Assembly: GCA_001784055.1 (NCBI GenBank)
Contig: MFOZ01000019.1
Span: 18,593 to 82,592, forward strand
Origin: Candidatus Levybacteria bacterium RIFCSPLOWO2_01_FULL_42_15
GTDB taxonomy: Bacteria; Patescibacteriota; Microgenomatia; Levybacterales; UBA12049
DNA: 64,000 nucleotides
Direction: 5' to 3'
Under the pieces are notes generated by a model. That model was not told the DNA's origin and ran no database searches. It saw nothing but the letters and a program-made list of their open reading frames with translations. Below, piece by piece: positions 1 to 9,205 of this stretch (positions within the stretch are counted from its first letter, which is position 1; each line of letters starts with the position of its first letter). The position numbers and the translations under genes are program-made.

Positions 1-2
1 TT

Positions 3-605
3 CTGGCCGCAAAAAAACTTGGATATCCAAAAAAGCCTATTATTATAAAGCCCGCCTTTGCAAGTGGCAATCGGGGAGTGTGGTTGATAAAAGAGAATTT
101 TAGTAAAGAACTATTGCATTCACGCGGAATTCCTCGTATCTCAATTGATGAATTTGTCAAGCAAGTTGGAAAACTTAAGCATTTTCCAAAAATAGTTCTT
201 ATGGAATATCTTTCTGGAGATGAATACAGCGTAGACGGATTAGGCGAAAAAGGAAATCCGATTTATGTTATTCCCAGAGTAAGGGTTTCTCCGTTGCCGG
301 GATATTCGCAAGAAGCCCTAATCCATGAAAATAAAGAAGTCAAAGAATATGTAGAACAGATATGCAGGGCATTTGGTTTTGATTCAATATTTAATGTTCA
401 ATTAAAGTATGGCGAAGATGGAAAACCAAAAGTTTACGAGATAAATCCTCGGATTTCAGCAACAGCAGTTGCCAATACTGCAGCAGGAGTTGATCTTTTA
501 CTCTTCAGTATTCTTAAGGAGTTAAAGATTACTTACCCAAAAAATATACAACCCAAGAAAATTCGTATGATACGATTTTGGAAAGAATTTTATACAGATA
601 ATTAA
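3..605 (+). CDS. ATP-grasp domain protein, C-terminal part (5' end outside window)
   Basis: Reading frame is open from the window start (frame beginning at nt 3: LAAKKLGYPKKPIIIKPAFASGNRGVW...). Motifs typical of the ATP-grasp fold (KPxxxSGxxGV, EINPRISA). The ORF-track start at 78 is only the first in-frame ATG. Confidence 0.6.
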   Translation: MAAKKLGYPKKPIIIKPAFASGNRGVWLIKENFSKELLHSRGIPRISIDEFVKQVGKLKHFPKIVLMEYLSGDEYSVDGLGEKGNPIYVIPRVRVSPLPGYSQEALIHENKEVKEYVEQICRAFGFDSIFNVQLKYGEDGKPKVYEINPRISATAVANTAAGVDLLLFSILKELKITYPKNIQPKKIRMIRFWKEFYTDN

Positions 606-609
606 ATAT

Positions 610-2214
610 ATGCCTCAACATGCAGCAGATCTGTTTTTTGCTATCCTAAAGTCTTATGGAGTAAGGCAAATTTTTGGAATTCCCGGCGACGAATTAGAAA
701 TTTTTGATGCATTAGCCCATAGCGGTATTGAATTTATAACTACAAGGCATGAACAGGCAGCAGCATTTATGGCTGAGGCAGTTGGTAAGGCTTTATCCGA
801 ACCTGCAGTTTGTATATCAACCCTTGGTCCCGGGGCAACAAATCTTGTTACTGGTGTTGCAGACGCATATCAGAATAGAGTTCCCATGTTGGTTCTTTCA
901 GGTCAATTGGAAAGAAAATTCCATAAGAATCATCCGCATGCGCATCAGTATATAAACTTATCTCGGTTATTCGCACCGATAACAAAAGCGACATATACTA
1001 TCTCGAGTATTTCTTCAATGCAAGGAACAATTGATAAGGCTTTACAGATCGCAGGAGAAGGAATACAGGGTCCCGTTCATATTACTCTTCCAATAGATGT
1101 TATGGAACAAGAGGTTCGTGGAGTATTTATAAAGAAAAAAAATCCACAGATAAAACCTAATACAATTAGCCCAAGCTTAATTAATAACTATGCAGAATTA
1201 CTACTCAATTCTTCTTATCCAGTAGCATTTTTAGGAAATAAAGGCAATAACATAGATATATCTTTTAGAAATATACTGCAAAAATCACACATCCCTGTCA
1301 TGACATCTTTTATGGGAAAAGGTAGCTTTTCCGAGAAAGAAAGTATGTCGCTGGGGACAGTTAGTAGACATCTCAATGATCAACTTGCTCAACTTGTAAA
1401 AAAAGCAGATCTTATGTTAGTTGTTGATTATGATTATATTGAAGGTGTACAGCCAAAGATGTTTAAAAATAAGAAGATAATCTACATTAATTCATATTCA
1501 GCGAAAGAGGATGCATTACTTTATCCGGTTTGCGAAATAATAGGACATATAGATTCTGTTACAAAATGTTTAGCACAAGAGATGAAACATATTTCCTATT
1601 CAACAAAGTGGAATGAGGCTGAAATAATTGAAGTAAAGAGAAAACGTTATCAGCAAATACTTAATAGTCAACAGATGAATAGTGTTCCATTTAATCCTTT
1701 TAGGGTAATGCAGGTATTACAACAAATTACCACTGGTGATGAGGTCATGGTGTCCGATGTTGGCAATCATAAGCAAGTATTAGGGTTAGGGTATGATGTT
1801 TGTAAGCCACATCATATTCATTTTTCCAATGGACTATCCAGTATGGGATTTTCATTGCCATTTGCTGCAGGGTTGCGATTTACTCTACCTAATGATAAAA
1901 CAATAATTTCAATTAACGGAGATGGTGGTTTTTTAATGAATGTACAGGAACTGGAAACGATAAGAAGATATAACCTTAATATAAAAATAATCATTTTTGT
2001 TGATAATGCTTTCGGTATGATCAAATCTAATCTTCTTGCAAAATATAAGAGAGTCAAAAATTTAGATTTTACTAATCCGGACTTTCACTATCTAGCAAGA
2101 AGTTTTGATTTTCCTTATTTCACAGTTTCAAAGAAAGGGACGATAAAAAAGATAGTACGCAAATTTTTAAATACAGAAGGAACTGCAATATTAACGATTC
2201 CAGTAAAATATTAA
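610..2214 (+). CDS. Thiamine-diphosphate-dependent enzyme (acetolactate-synthase-large-subunit-like / sulfopyruvate-decarboxylase-like)
   Basis: N-terminal TPP pyrimidine-binding domain (GIPGDELEIFDAL...TTRHEQAAAFMAEAVGKA). C-terminal ThDP-binding motif GDGGFLMNVQELETI...N. Length 534 aa is typical. Confidence 0.8.
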   Translation: MPQHAADLFFAILKSYGVRQIFGIPGDELEIFDALAHSGIEFITTRHEQAAAFMAEAVGKALSEPAVCISTLGPGATNLVTGVADAYQNRVPMLVLSGQLERKFHKNHPHAHQYINLSRLFAPITKATYTISSISSMQGTIDKALQIAGEGIQGPVHITLPIDVMEQEVRGVFIKKKNPQIKPNTISPSLINNYAELLLNSSYPVAFLGNKGNNIDISFRNILQKSHIPVMTSFMGKGSFSEKESMSLGTVSRHLNDQLAQLVKKADLMLVVDYDYIEGVQPKMFKNKKIIYINSYSAKEDALLYPVCEIIGHIDSVTKCLAQEMKHISYSTKWNEAEIIEVKRKRYQQILNSQQMNSVPFNPFRVMQVLQQITTGDEVMVSDVGNHKQVLGLGYDVCKPHHIHFSNGLSSMGFSLPFAAGLRFTLPNDKTIISINGDGGFLMNVQELETIRRYNLNIKIIIFVDNAFGMIKSNLLAKYKRVKNLDFTNPDFHYLARSFDFPYFTVSKKGTIKKIVRKFLNTEGTAILTIPVKY

Positions 2215-2235
2215 TTGTAATGCCTCGCAAGCAAA

Positions 2236-2940
2236 TTGCAAGAGCGCACAAGTTATATGCTTAAAGTGGTTGCTTTTGATCTTGATGACACACTGTATCC
2301 AGAAGACCTTTATGTACAAGGTGGTTTGCATGCAGTTGCCTCCTATATAGAGCACACATTCAAAATTAATCGTAATCTTATTTACAAACAATTACTTGCC
2401 GCAAAAGATAAGAATCCAAGAGACAAGGTTTTTGATACGGTACTATCTAAATATAACTTCTATAATTCCTTTATTACCGAAGATTTGATTCGAAAGTACC
2501 GATCTCAAGCGTTGTCCATTACATTATATCCGGGTGTTAAAAAATTACTGGATTCTCTTAAAAAGAAGTATGTTCTTGCTCTTATAACTGATGGGTTAAC
2601 TGTTGTGCAGATGAAAAAAATAAAACATCTTAAAATAGACACATATTTTAATTACATATATTGTACTCAAGATGAAGGAGTTCAAGAAGGAAAACCGGAT
2701 ACTAAATTTTTCCAAAAACTGCTTGATGATGCTTCTATATCATCGCTAGAGGCAATTTATATTGGCAATGATCCCCAGAAAGATTTTCTTGGGCCAAAGA
2801 AGTTAGGAATAAGAACGATTCGCGTATTGCAAGGGAGATATGGAGGAGAAGAAGTGATATCTGGGGCGGAGCCCACTTTTACGATACAAAAGATTAAAAA
2901 TGTAGAAAAACTGCTTAACGATATTAAAAATGAGGACTAG
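2236..2940 (+). CDS. HAD-superfamily hydrolase (phosphatase)
   Basis: Motif I DxDxT (VVAFDLDDTLY). Motif III/IV (YIGNDPQKD). 234 aa. Confidence 0.75.
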   Translation: MQERTSYMLKVVAFDLDDTLYPEDLYVQGGLHAVASYIEHTFKINRNLIYKQLLAAKDKNPRDKVFDTVLSKYNFYNSFITEDLIRKYRSQALSITLYPGVKKLLDSLKKKYVLALITDGLTVVQMKKIKHLKIDTYFNYIYCTQDEGVQEGKPDTKFFQKLLDDASISSLEAIYIGNDPQKDFLGPKKLGIRTIRVLQGRYGGEEVISGAEPTFTIQKIKNVEKLLNDIKNED

Positions 2941-2963
2941 GAAGAAAATAATAGTACAGAAAA

Positions 2964-3845
2964 TTATATGTAGTCTTTTTCAATGAGGTAGTTTTTGAGT
3001 CCAATGTGCCAATCAGGCATTATATTTAGATTTAGATTTTTAAGGTTCTCATTTCCTAGAACGGAATAAAGTGGCCGTTTGGCCGGCGTATAATATTCTT
3101 TTGAAGTAATAGGTATAAGATGCACCTTTGTATTTGTAATTTTAAAAATTTCCTTGGCAAATGTATACCATGAGCATTCTCCAAGTGCAGAAGCATGATA
3201 GATGCCATAGCTGTCGGTTTTTATGAGTTTATGTATTTGTTTGGCTAAATCAACTGTATAGGTGGGTGCCAAAAACTGATCATTAACTACTCGTACATTC
3301 ATCTTCTCGTGTGCGAATTTTAACATTGTTTCAACAAAGTTTCCACCTTTTAACGAAGAGCCTTTAAGACCAAAAAGACCGCTTGATCGCAAGATAAAAT
3401 ATTTTTTACATATATATCTTGTAAAATATTCGCCCGTGAGCTTGGATAAACCATAGACGTTTAAAGGGCCTGGCGAATCAGTTTCTTTATAGGGAGTAGT
3501 TTTCTTTCTATCCAAGCCAAAGACATAATCAGTGCTGATGTAAACGAGCACACTATTTTGTTGCGAGCAATATTCTGCAAGATTTTTCTGGGCAAAAGCA
3601 TTTATAAGGAATGCTTTTTCAAGATTAGTTTCGCAATCATTAACTCGATGGTAGGCAGCAGTATTAATTACGATATCTGGTTTAATGCGATTAATGACCT
3701 GATTTATTGTATTCTTATCCACAATATCAATATCCTTGTGAGTCAAAGGGAAAAGCTGTATATCGGAGTCTTTGCTAAAAACCTTTATCAAATCAGTTCC
3801 AAGCTGTCCATTTGCTCCAATAACAGCGATGCGTAATTTACTCAT
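2964..3845 (-). CDS. RmlD-family NAD(P)H-dependent 4-keto-sugar reductase (dTDP-4-dehydrorhamnose reductase-like)
   Basis: N-terminal Rossmann motif MSKLRIAVIGANGQLG. RmlD substrate-binding-domain-like length and spacing (293 aa). TDYVFG and YGLSK (YxxxK) motifs. Confidence 0.8.
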   Translation of the reverse strand: MSKLRIAVIGANGQLGTDLIKVFSKDSDIQLFPLTHKDIDIVDKNTINQVINRIKPDIVINTAAYHRVNDCETNLEKAFLINAFAQKNLAEYCSQQNSVLVYISTDYVFGLDRKKTTPYKETDSPGPLNVYGLSKLTGEYFTRYICKKYFILRSSGLFGLKGSSLKGGNFVETMLKFAHEKMNVRVVNDQFLAPTYTVDLAKQIHKLIKTDSYGIYHASALGECSWYTFAKEIFKITNTKVHLIPITSKEYYTPAKRPLYSVLGNENLKNLNLNIMPDWHIGLKNYLIEKDYI

Positions 3846-4398
3846 GTTTTTTTAAGACTTTAGCGGGAACACCTCCTACTACGGTATTTGCTGGAACATC
3901 TTTTACAACCACAGCATTTGCACCTATTATGGCATTATCACCAATAACGACGTCTCCAATAACTTTTGCTCCTGTACATATTGTTACATTTTTCCCAATT
4001 TTGGCACCTATAGATCCCGGATAAACATTTGTTCCCACCATTAAAGGACCAAAAAGAGTAAGATTCTCTCCTGATGAGGCTGTATGCGTAATAATAATTC
4101 CTCGATAATGTAAATAAAAACCTTTTCCAATTATAACACGTGGATGAATATGAATGTCAAAAATGAAATAATTTATATAGAAATAGATTGGATATAAGAC
4201 ATATCCTAAATATCGAATAATGAAGAATTCATGGTTGTATAGATATTGCTCGATCCGGTACATGCAGATAAAAAGCATATTTGGATTATGAAATAAAATA
4301 GCAAATTTGAGAAAAATGTTTTTTTGTTTTTTGCCTAGATCGTGGGCATAGAAGAATCTTTTCCAGTCAGCGGCAATAACAGAAAATACTAAAATCAT
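3838..4398 (-). CDS. Left-handed beta-helix (hexapeptide-repeat) sugar O-acetyltransferase, CysE/WcaB-like
   Basis: C-terminal hexapeptide repeats (IGAKIGKNVTICTGAKVIGDVVIGDNAIIGANAVVVKDVPANTVVGGVPAKVL). N-terminal half resembles the serine-acetyltransferase-like alpha-helical domain. Confidence 0.7.
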   Translation of the reverse strand: MILVFSVIAADWKRFFYAHDLGKKQKNIFLKFAILFHNPNMLFICMYRIEQYLYNHEFFIIRYLGYVLYPIYFYINYFIFDIHIHPRVIIGKGFYLHYRGIIITHTASSGENLTLFGPLMVGTNVYPGSIGAKIGKNVTICTGAKVIGDVVIGDNAIIGANAVVVKDVPANTVVGGVPAKVLKKHE

Positions 4399-4413
4399 AG
4401 ATAGTCCTTTTCG

Positions 4414-5361
4414 TCAAGGTAATTTCTTAACCAAATCAATAATTGTTTCTTCAATTGTTATCTTTGGCGTAAATCCAAGCACATTTTTTGCTTTTGTGGT
4501 TATTATTCGATAAGATCGATCTTTTCTATCGTCTTGTTCAAAAATGATTTTTGGATGTATGGAAAAATGTTTCACCATGGTCTCTTGTACTAACGAAGTA
4601 ATATCTCGAACTCGAAAATTACCGAATCCAATATTGAATATTTGTCGTGCTATATTTTGTTTTGGTGCGGTTAGTGTCTTGTAATATGCTCTAGCTACGT
4701 CGTCAATGTTTATCAGCGGCCTCCACTGAAAACCTTTACAATAGACTCGAATATATCCATTTTTAAGTACACTTCTTACCATAGCATTGACAACAAGATC
4801 AAAGCGCATATTTGGTGAATAACCCAAAACAGTCGCCTTTCTAAAAATAACAACACAAAAATTTTTATCTGCTAACTCTAGAAGTTTTATTTCAGCGTTA
4901 TGTTTTGAAGTGGCATAATGTCCTAACGGGGTTATAGATTCTTGTTCGTTTTTGGGACCATCTTCTTTATCTATACCTTTATCGTATAAGGACGAGCTCG
5001 ATGCAAAAATAAAGCGCTTAACATTCAATTCTTTTGCCTTTTGTGCAAGAGCAATAGTAGCAAGTGTATTTACCTTTTTTGTTTCGTTTGGATCTTTATC
5101 AGAAGATGTTTCATTAGAAAACGCTGCTAAATGTATAATTGCAAAGATATTCTTAAGTAGCATAGGTTCTATTTTCCTAATGTCGTTTTGTATATATTCA
5201 AATTTTTTTTTGCATTGTCGAGGAATTGGTCCGGTAAAAGGGAGAATGTCGATTACGCGTACAGATAAGCCTTTTTTTAACAAATAGCTTACTAAAATTG
5301 ATCCGACGTATCCAGATCCACCGGTAATAAGAATCTTTTGTTGAGCTTGTGAAGTCTTCAC
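4414..5361 (-). CDS. SDR-family NAD-dependent nucleotide-sugar epimerase/dehydratase
   Basis: Motifs ILITGGSGYVGS (GxxGxxG) and YATSK (YxxxK). 315 aa. Confidence 0.8.
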   Translation of the reverse strand: MKTSQAQQKILITGGSGYVGSILVSYLLKKGLSVRVIDILPFTGPIPRQCKKKFEYIQNDIRKIEPMLLKNIFAIIHLAAFSNETSSDKDPNETKKVNTLATIALAQKAKELNVKRFIFASSSSLYDKGIDKEDGPKNEQESITPLGHYATSKHNAEIKLLELADKNFCVVIFRKATVLGYSPNMRFDLVVNAMVRSVLKNGYIRVYCKGFQWRPLINIDDVARAYYKTLTAPKQNIARQIFNIGFGNFRVRDITSLVQETMVKHFSIHPKIIFEQDDRKDRSYRIITTKAKNVLGFTPKITIEETIIDLVKKLP

Positions 5362-6575
5362 TGTGATATGGGATTTAGAGTAACTTTTGGAACATAGAGA
5401 ATAGCGTTATCGTGATACTTTTTACCTCGCAATTCTTTAATTTTCTTAACAATTTCTTTATAAAAATTCCACGACATAATAATAATATGAAGATTTCCTT
5501 TTTCTTTTTGTAAGAGTTCGGGAGACTCTATTGAGATATTTCTTCCCGGAGTAACAAATCCCCATTTTAGAGGATTGTCATCGACGATGTATTCTAGATT
5601 GAGCTTAAAATAATTAAGCATAGTATTTCCTTTAGCAGATGCTCCATATCCAATAACTCTCTCTCCCCTTTTTTTAAAATCCGAAACGAGTTTACGAAGG
5701 TTATTTCGATTTTCTGCTACATTTTTGGCAAAGCGTTTGTAGGTTTGGATATCAAACAACCCACTTTCTTTCTCTTTTTGTATTAATGTAGTAACTTTGT
5801 CTGAATGAGAACTGATGCCCTTTTTTAGGAAGAAACGAATACTACCGCCATGAATAGGAGTTTGGATTAAATCAACAATGTGGAATCTCGAACGTGAAGC
5901 AAGCATAGCAAAAGAGTTGATCAGGAAATATGAAAGATGTTCGTGGTAGACCGTATCGAACTCATTAGATTTAATCATATTATTGCCGTAGGGAAACTCA
6001 AGTATCAAAATACCATCATCTTCCAAAGCCAAGAAACAAGCGAAAAGGAATCTATCAATTCGATCGACATGAGCAAATACATTGGTTCCCGTAATAAGAT
6101 TAAATTTCTTTCCAAGTTTTTTAGCTACTTTTTTGCTCCAGTAGTCAACAATTACAGAAATATTTTTCTTAATAGTAATTTCTCGTAAGTTTCCTGCCGG
6201 ATCAACTCCATACACATCGCACCCCAGTTCTTTAAAAAATTCCAATTGCGTTCCATCGTTGCAAGCAATGTCCAATACTCGTATTTTTTTCTTTTTCACT
6301 CGGGCTACAGCGTCTTTTGCCAACTCTTTACAATGATTTTGGAAGGTTTCTGTTGTTCCGCTGACATAGAGGTAGTTTTTAAACATTAATGCCGGTTTTA
6401 TTACGACACTAAGCATGCTATGGAAGCAGTTTTGGCATAATAATACTTCAAGAGGATATTCTTGCAATTTTTCCTCCTTTTTATGATAGCTATTCGCAAG
6501 TGGCTGCTTACCCAAATTGAGATATAAGAACAAGTTTTTTGCTCCGCAGCAGCGGCACCTTGTGGCTTTTTTCAT
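5358..6575 (-). CDS. NDP-sugar C-methyltransferase family protein (TylCIII-like: N-terminal Zn-ribbon + class I SAM MTase + C-methyltransferase C-terminal domain)
   Basis: N-terminal CxxC...CxxC zinc ribbon (CRCCGAKNL...CQNCFH). Central SAM-binding region (VLDIACNDGTQLEFF). About 400 aa, as in sugar C3/C5 C-methyltransferases. Confidence 0.65.
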   Translation of the reverse strand: MKKATRCRCCGAKNLFLYLNLGKQPLANSYHKKEEKLQEYPLEVLLCQNCFHSMLSVVIKPALMFKNYLYVSGTTETFQNHCKELAKDAVARVKKKKIRVLDIACNDGTQLEFFKELGCDVYGVDPAGNLREITIKKNISVIVDYWSKKVAKKLGKKFNLITGTNVFAHVDRIDRFLFACFLALEDDGILILEFPYGNNMIKSNEFDTVYHEHLSYFLINSFAMLASRSRFHIVDLIQTPIHGGSIRFFLKKGISSHSDKVTTLIQKEKESGLFDIQTYKRFAKNVAENRNNLRKLVSDFKKRGERVIGYGASAKGNTMLNYFKLNLEYIVDDNPLKWGFVTPGRNISIESPELLQKEKGNLHIIIMSWNFYKEIVKKIKELRGKKYHDNAILYVPKVTLNPISQ

Positions 6576-7129
6576 ACGAAAGCTGGATTTTTTTGATATT
6601 CTGCAAAGGTCATACCGCCTCGATCTCTTGTTGAGAGGATTGGATCATTAAATGGCCAGGTGATGGCGAGGTTTTTATCATTCCATAACAATATTTTCTC
6701 GGATAAAGGTGTATAAAATCCTGTGAACTTATATAGTAATTCAGCGGTATCACTAAGGACGGCAAATCCAAAGGCAAACCCAACAGGAACGAAGAGTTGT
6801 TTTTTATTTTCCGCAGATAACTCAATGGTAAACCATTTTCCAAATGTTGGCGATTTTATTTGTAGATCAACAGCGACACAAAATGCTTTTCCATAGATGC
6901 ATCGGATGAGTTTGGTAACAGGAGCTTCCATATTTTGAAAATGGAGACCGCGAAGAACTTTGTATTTTGATCTGGAATGAACTTCCTGGACAAATGTAAG
7001 GTCAAGACCGGCTTTTTGAAAATCACGTTTATGCCAAGACTCAATCAGAAATCCCCGTTCATCTTGAAAGTAGTCGATTTCTATGACAATTAAATCTTTC
7101 AAAGGAGTTTCTATAAGCCTCGTTTTCAT
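6572..7129 (-). CDS. RmlC-like cupin nucleotide-sugar 3,5-epimerase
   Basis: Conserved FxDxRGxF...LRGLHFQ block (FQDERGFLIESWH...KVLRGLHFQ). The ORF track extends to 7294, but the internal Met at 7129 gives the canonical ~186-aa size and frees a divergent promoter region. Confidence 0.7.
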   Translation of the reverse strand: MKTRLIETPLKDLIVIEIDYFQDERGFLIESWHKRDFQKAGLDLTFVQEVHSRSKYKVLRGLHFQNMEAPVTKLIRCIYGKAFCVAVDLQIKSPTFGKWFTIELSAENKKQLFVPVGFAFGFAVLSDTAELLYKFTGFYTPLSEKILLWNDKNLAITWPFNDPILSTRDRGGMTFAEYQKNPAFV

Positions 7130-7169
7130 CCTGTCAATTCTCCCATATCGCTTCTTATGATACAATATC

Positions 7170-8180
7170 TTGGAATTTATGGCAAAATCATCGGATAATC
7201 CTTTAGTGTCAATTATTATTCCTTTGCACTGGGGCTTGAAACCGGAAAATTTTCCCCGGTTTCTCACTGATTTAAAAAAATACGACAAGCTCAAATACCA
7301 ACACTACGAGATTCTTGTTGTGACAGATAAGCCAATTGTTCCTGTTATCACAGGAAAGAAGGTTCGTTGTCTCGTAATGAATATAAATCATCCAACTACT
7401 GGGACAGAAAAACGTGATTTTGCTCTGCCTTTTGTAAAAGGCGAGATCTGCGCTTTTATAGATGATGATGCATATCCTGATTCCAACTGGCTTACCAATG
7501 CGATTCCTTGGTTTAAATACGAGAGAATCGTAGCGGTTGGTGGTCCAGGAGTTACTCCTCTTGAAGATTCGTTCTGGCAAAAGATAGGAGGATATGCTAT
7601 TGAGTCATATTTTTGTAGCGGCAATATTCAATACCGTTTTTATCCCACATTTGAACGCTTCAGTAAAGATCAACCTGGATATAATTTGTTGGTTCGGACA
7701 TCTGTTTTAAAGAAAGTAAAAGGATGGGGAACAACATTCTACGGAGGGGAAGATACAGTTCTTTGTATAAAATTATTAAAGTTTGGAAAAATTCTTCATG
7801 ACCCTAATATTATTGTATATCACCATCGTCGAACATTTCCTTTTGGACATCTAAAACAAATTGGTAGTGTAGGATTACATAGGGGATACTTTTTTAAGAA
7901 GTATCCGCAGACCTCGCGAGGCACTTTCTATCTTCTGCCAACGATTTTAACACTGGGATTTATAAGCGGAATTGTATTAGTAGTGCGTTTTCCTCAATTA
8001 TTTGCTTTGCCATTTGTCTTAGTATTTTTATTTTTTCTTTTACTTGGTACAATCTCGGTCTACCGACATAAAGTCGATATTACGAGTTCTCTCATAGCAA
8101 GCATTGCTATTATGATGACACATATGTCATATGGCGTTTTTTTTGTAAAAGGTTTATTAACGCACCACTTAAATAAGTAA
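7170..8180 (+). CDS. Glycosyltransferase family 2 with C-terminal transmembrane segment
   Basis: GT2 motifs VSIIIPLH...DDDAYPD. Hydrophobic C-terminus with about 3 TM helices. Confidence 0.75.
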   Translation: MEFMAKSSDNPLVSIIIPLHWGLKPENFPRFLTDLKKYDKLKYQHYEILVVTDKPIVPVITGKKVRCLVMNINHPTTGTEKRDFALPFVKGEICAFIDDDAYPDSNWLTNAIPWFKYERIVAVGGPGVTPLEDSFWQKIGGYAIESYFCSGNIQYRFYPTFERFSKDQPGYNLLVRTSVLKKVKGWGTTFYGGEDTVLCIKLLKFGKILHDPNIIVYHHRRTFPFGHLKQIGSVGLHRGYFFKKYPQTSRGTFYLLPTILTLGFISGIVLVVRFPQLFALPFVLVFLFFLLLGTISVYRHKVDITSSLIASIAIMMTHMSYGVFFVKGLLTHHLNK

Positions 8181-8187
8181 GGGAAGT

Positions 8188-9204
8188 ATGCATCTGCCAA
8201 AGATTACATGTTGTGTTAGGACGTATAATGAGGAAAAACGTATTGCAGAATGTTTAAGAGGTATATTTGGCCAAAATTATCCTAGACAACTTTTGGAAGT
8301 AATCCTCGTAGATGATATTTCCACAGATAAAACAATCGCAATTGCAGAAAATTTTCCTGTAAAAATCTTAATCAATGAGACTGGCAATGCCGAGATATCA
8401 TTGATTAGAGGTTTTAAAGAATCAACTGGCACATTTTTTACAGTTGTTGATGCGGATATGTTCTTTCGGGGAAAAAATTGGTTCCAAAAAATGCTAAAAC
8501 CTCTCTTAGAAAACCCTGATATATCAGCCGCATTTACGGGATATTATTCCCATAAAAGAAACTCACTCATTACAAAATATTTGAATCTCGATTCGATCCA
8601 GCGAGACTTAGTGTATCAAATTTTTTCTCCAGGATTTAATGAAGTAATTAATGAGAAGAAAAACGGTTATTACGTTTGTCAATACTCTGTCAATAAAATT
8701 CCACCGCAGGTTCATGGTCTTTATAGAAGTTCTATTTTAAAAAAAATACTCGTTAATGAGATAGATTATCATGATATGATAAAGCTCGTGATCTTAGTTG
8801 ATAAAGGATATAAAAAATTTGCCTATGTTCCTCAGGCAGGATATTACCATTTCCATGTTGATTCTTTATTACATCTGGGGAAAAAACGAATTCGAAACAT
8901 AAAAGAGAGATATCTAGATTTTTATACAAATAAGAATCATTACAAATGGTTTGATGCATCAGATTCTGCTCGTATTAAAAGAACGTTTTTCCTTATCCTT
9001 GCTACATACTTGATATTGCCATTATGTTTGTTTTCACTGTCTAGAGCGTTAATACGGAGAAACCTACTCTATCTTCTTGAACCTGCAGTAACTTTTGTTA
9101 TCGTAAGTGCAATATTATACGCATTTTTATCAGATAAAAGAGGTAGAAAATTTATCATTCTTCAATTTGCTAAAATAGTACATCTACCTAAAGGAAAATC
9201 CTAA
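8188..9204 (+). CDS. Glycosyltransferase family 2 with C-terminal transmembrane segment
   Basis: GT2 N-terminal fold (ITCCVRTYNEEKRIAECL...VILVDDISTDKT; DADMFF). C-terminal TM helices. Confidence 0.75.
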   Translation: MHLPKITCCVRTYNEEKRIAECLRGIFGQNYPRQLLEVILVDDISTDKTIAIAENFPVKILINETGNAEISLIRGFKESTGTFFTVVDADMFFRGKNWFQKMLKPLLENPDISAAFTGYYSHKRNSLITKYLNLDSIQRDLVYQIFSPGFNEVINEKKNGYYVCQYSVNKIPPQVHGLYRSSILKKILVNEIDYHDMIKLVILVDKGYKKFAYVPQAGYYHFHVDSLLHLGKKRIRNIKERYLDFYTNKNHYKWFDASDSARIKRTFFLILATYLILPLCLFSLSRALIRRNLLYLLEPAVTFVIVSAILYAFLSDKRGRKFIILQFAKIVHLPKGKS

Positions 9205-9205
9205 C

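Noticed and set aside
749-955. Numerous 60-110-aa ORFs nested within or antisense to larger genes (e.g. 749-955, 1818-2057, 3558-3836, 4952-5287, 11428-11838, 28327-28620, 46536-46947)
   Set aside because: All overlap longer ORFs that carry clear family signatures. Their composition is Lys/Ile/Phe-rich, as expected for random frames in AT-rich sequence.
7130-7294. N-terminal 55-aa extension of the RmlC-like ORF (ORF-track start at 7294)
   Set aside because: The extension has no counterpart in RmlC-family proteins and would overlap the divergent promoter and the start of the GT2 gene at 7170. The internal Met at 7129 gives the canonical length.
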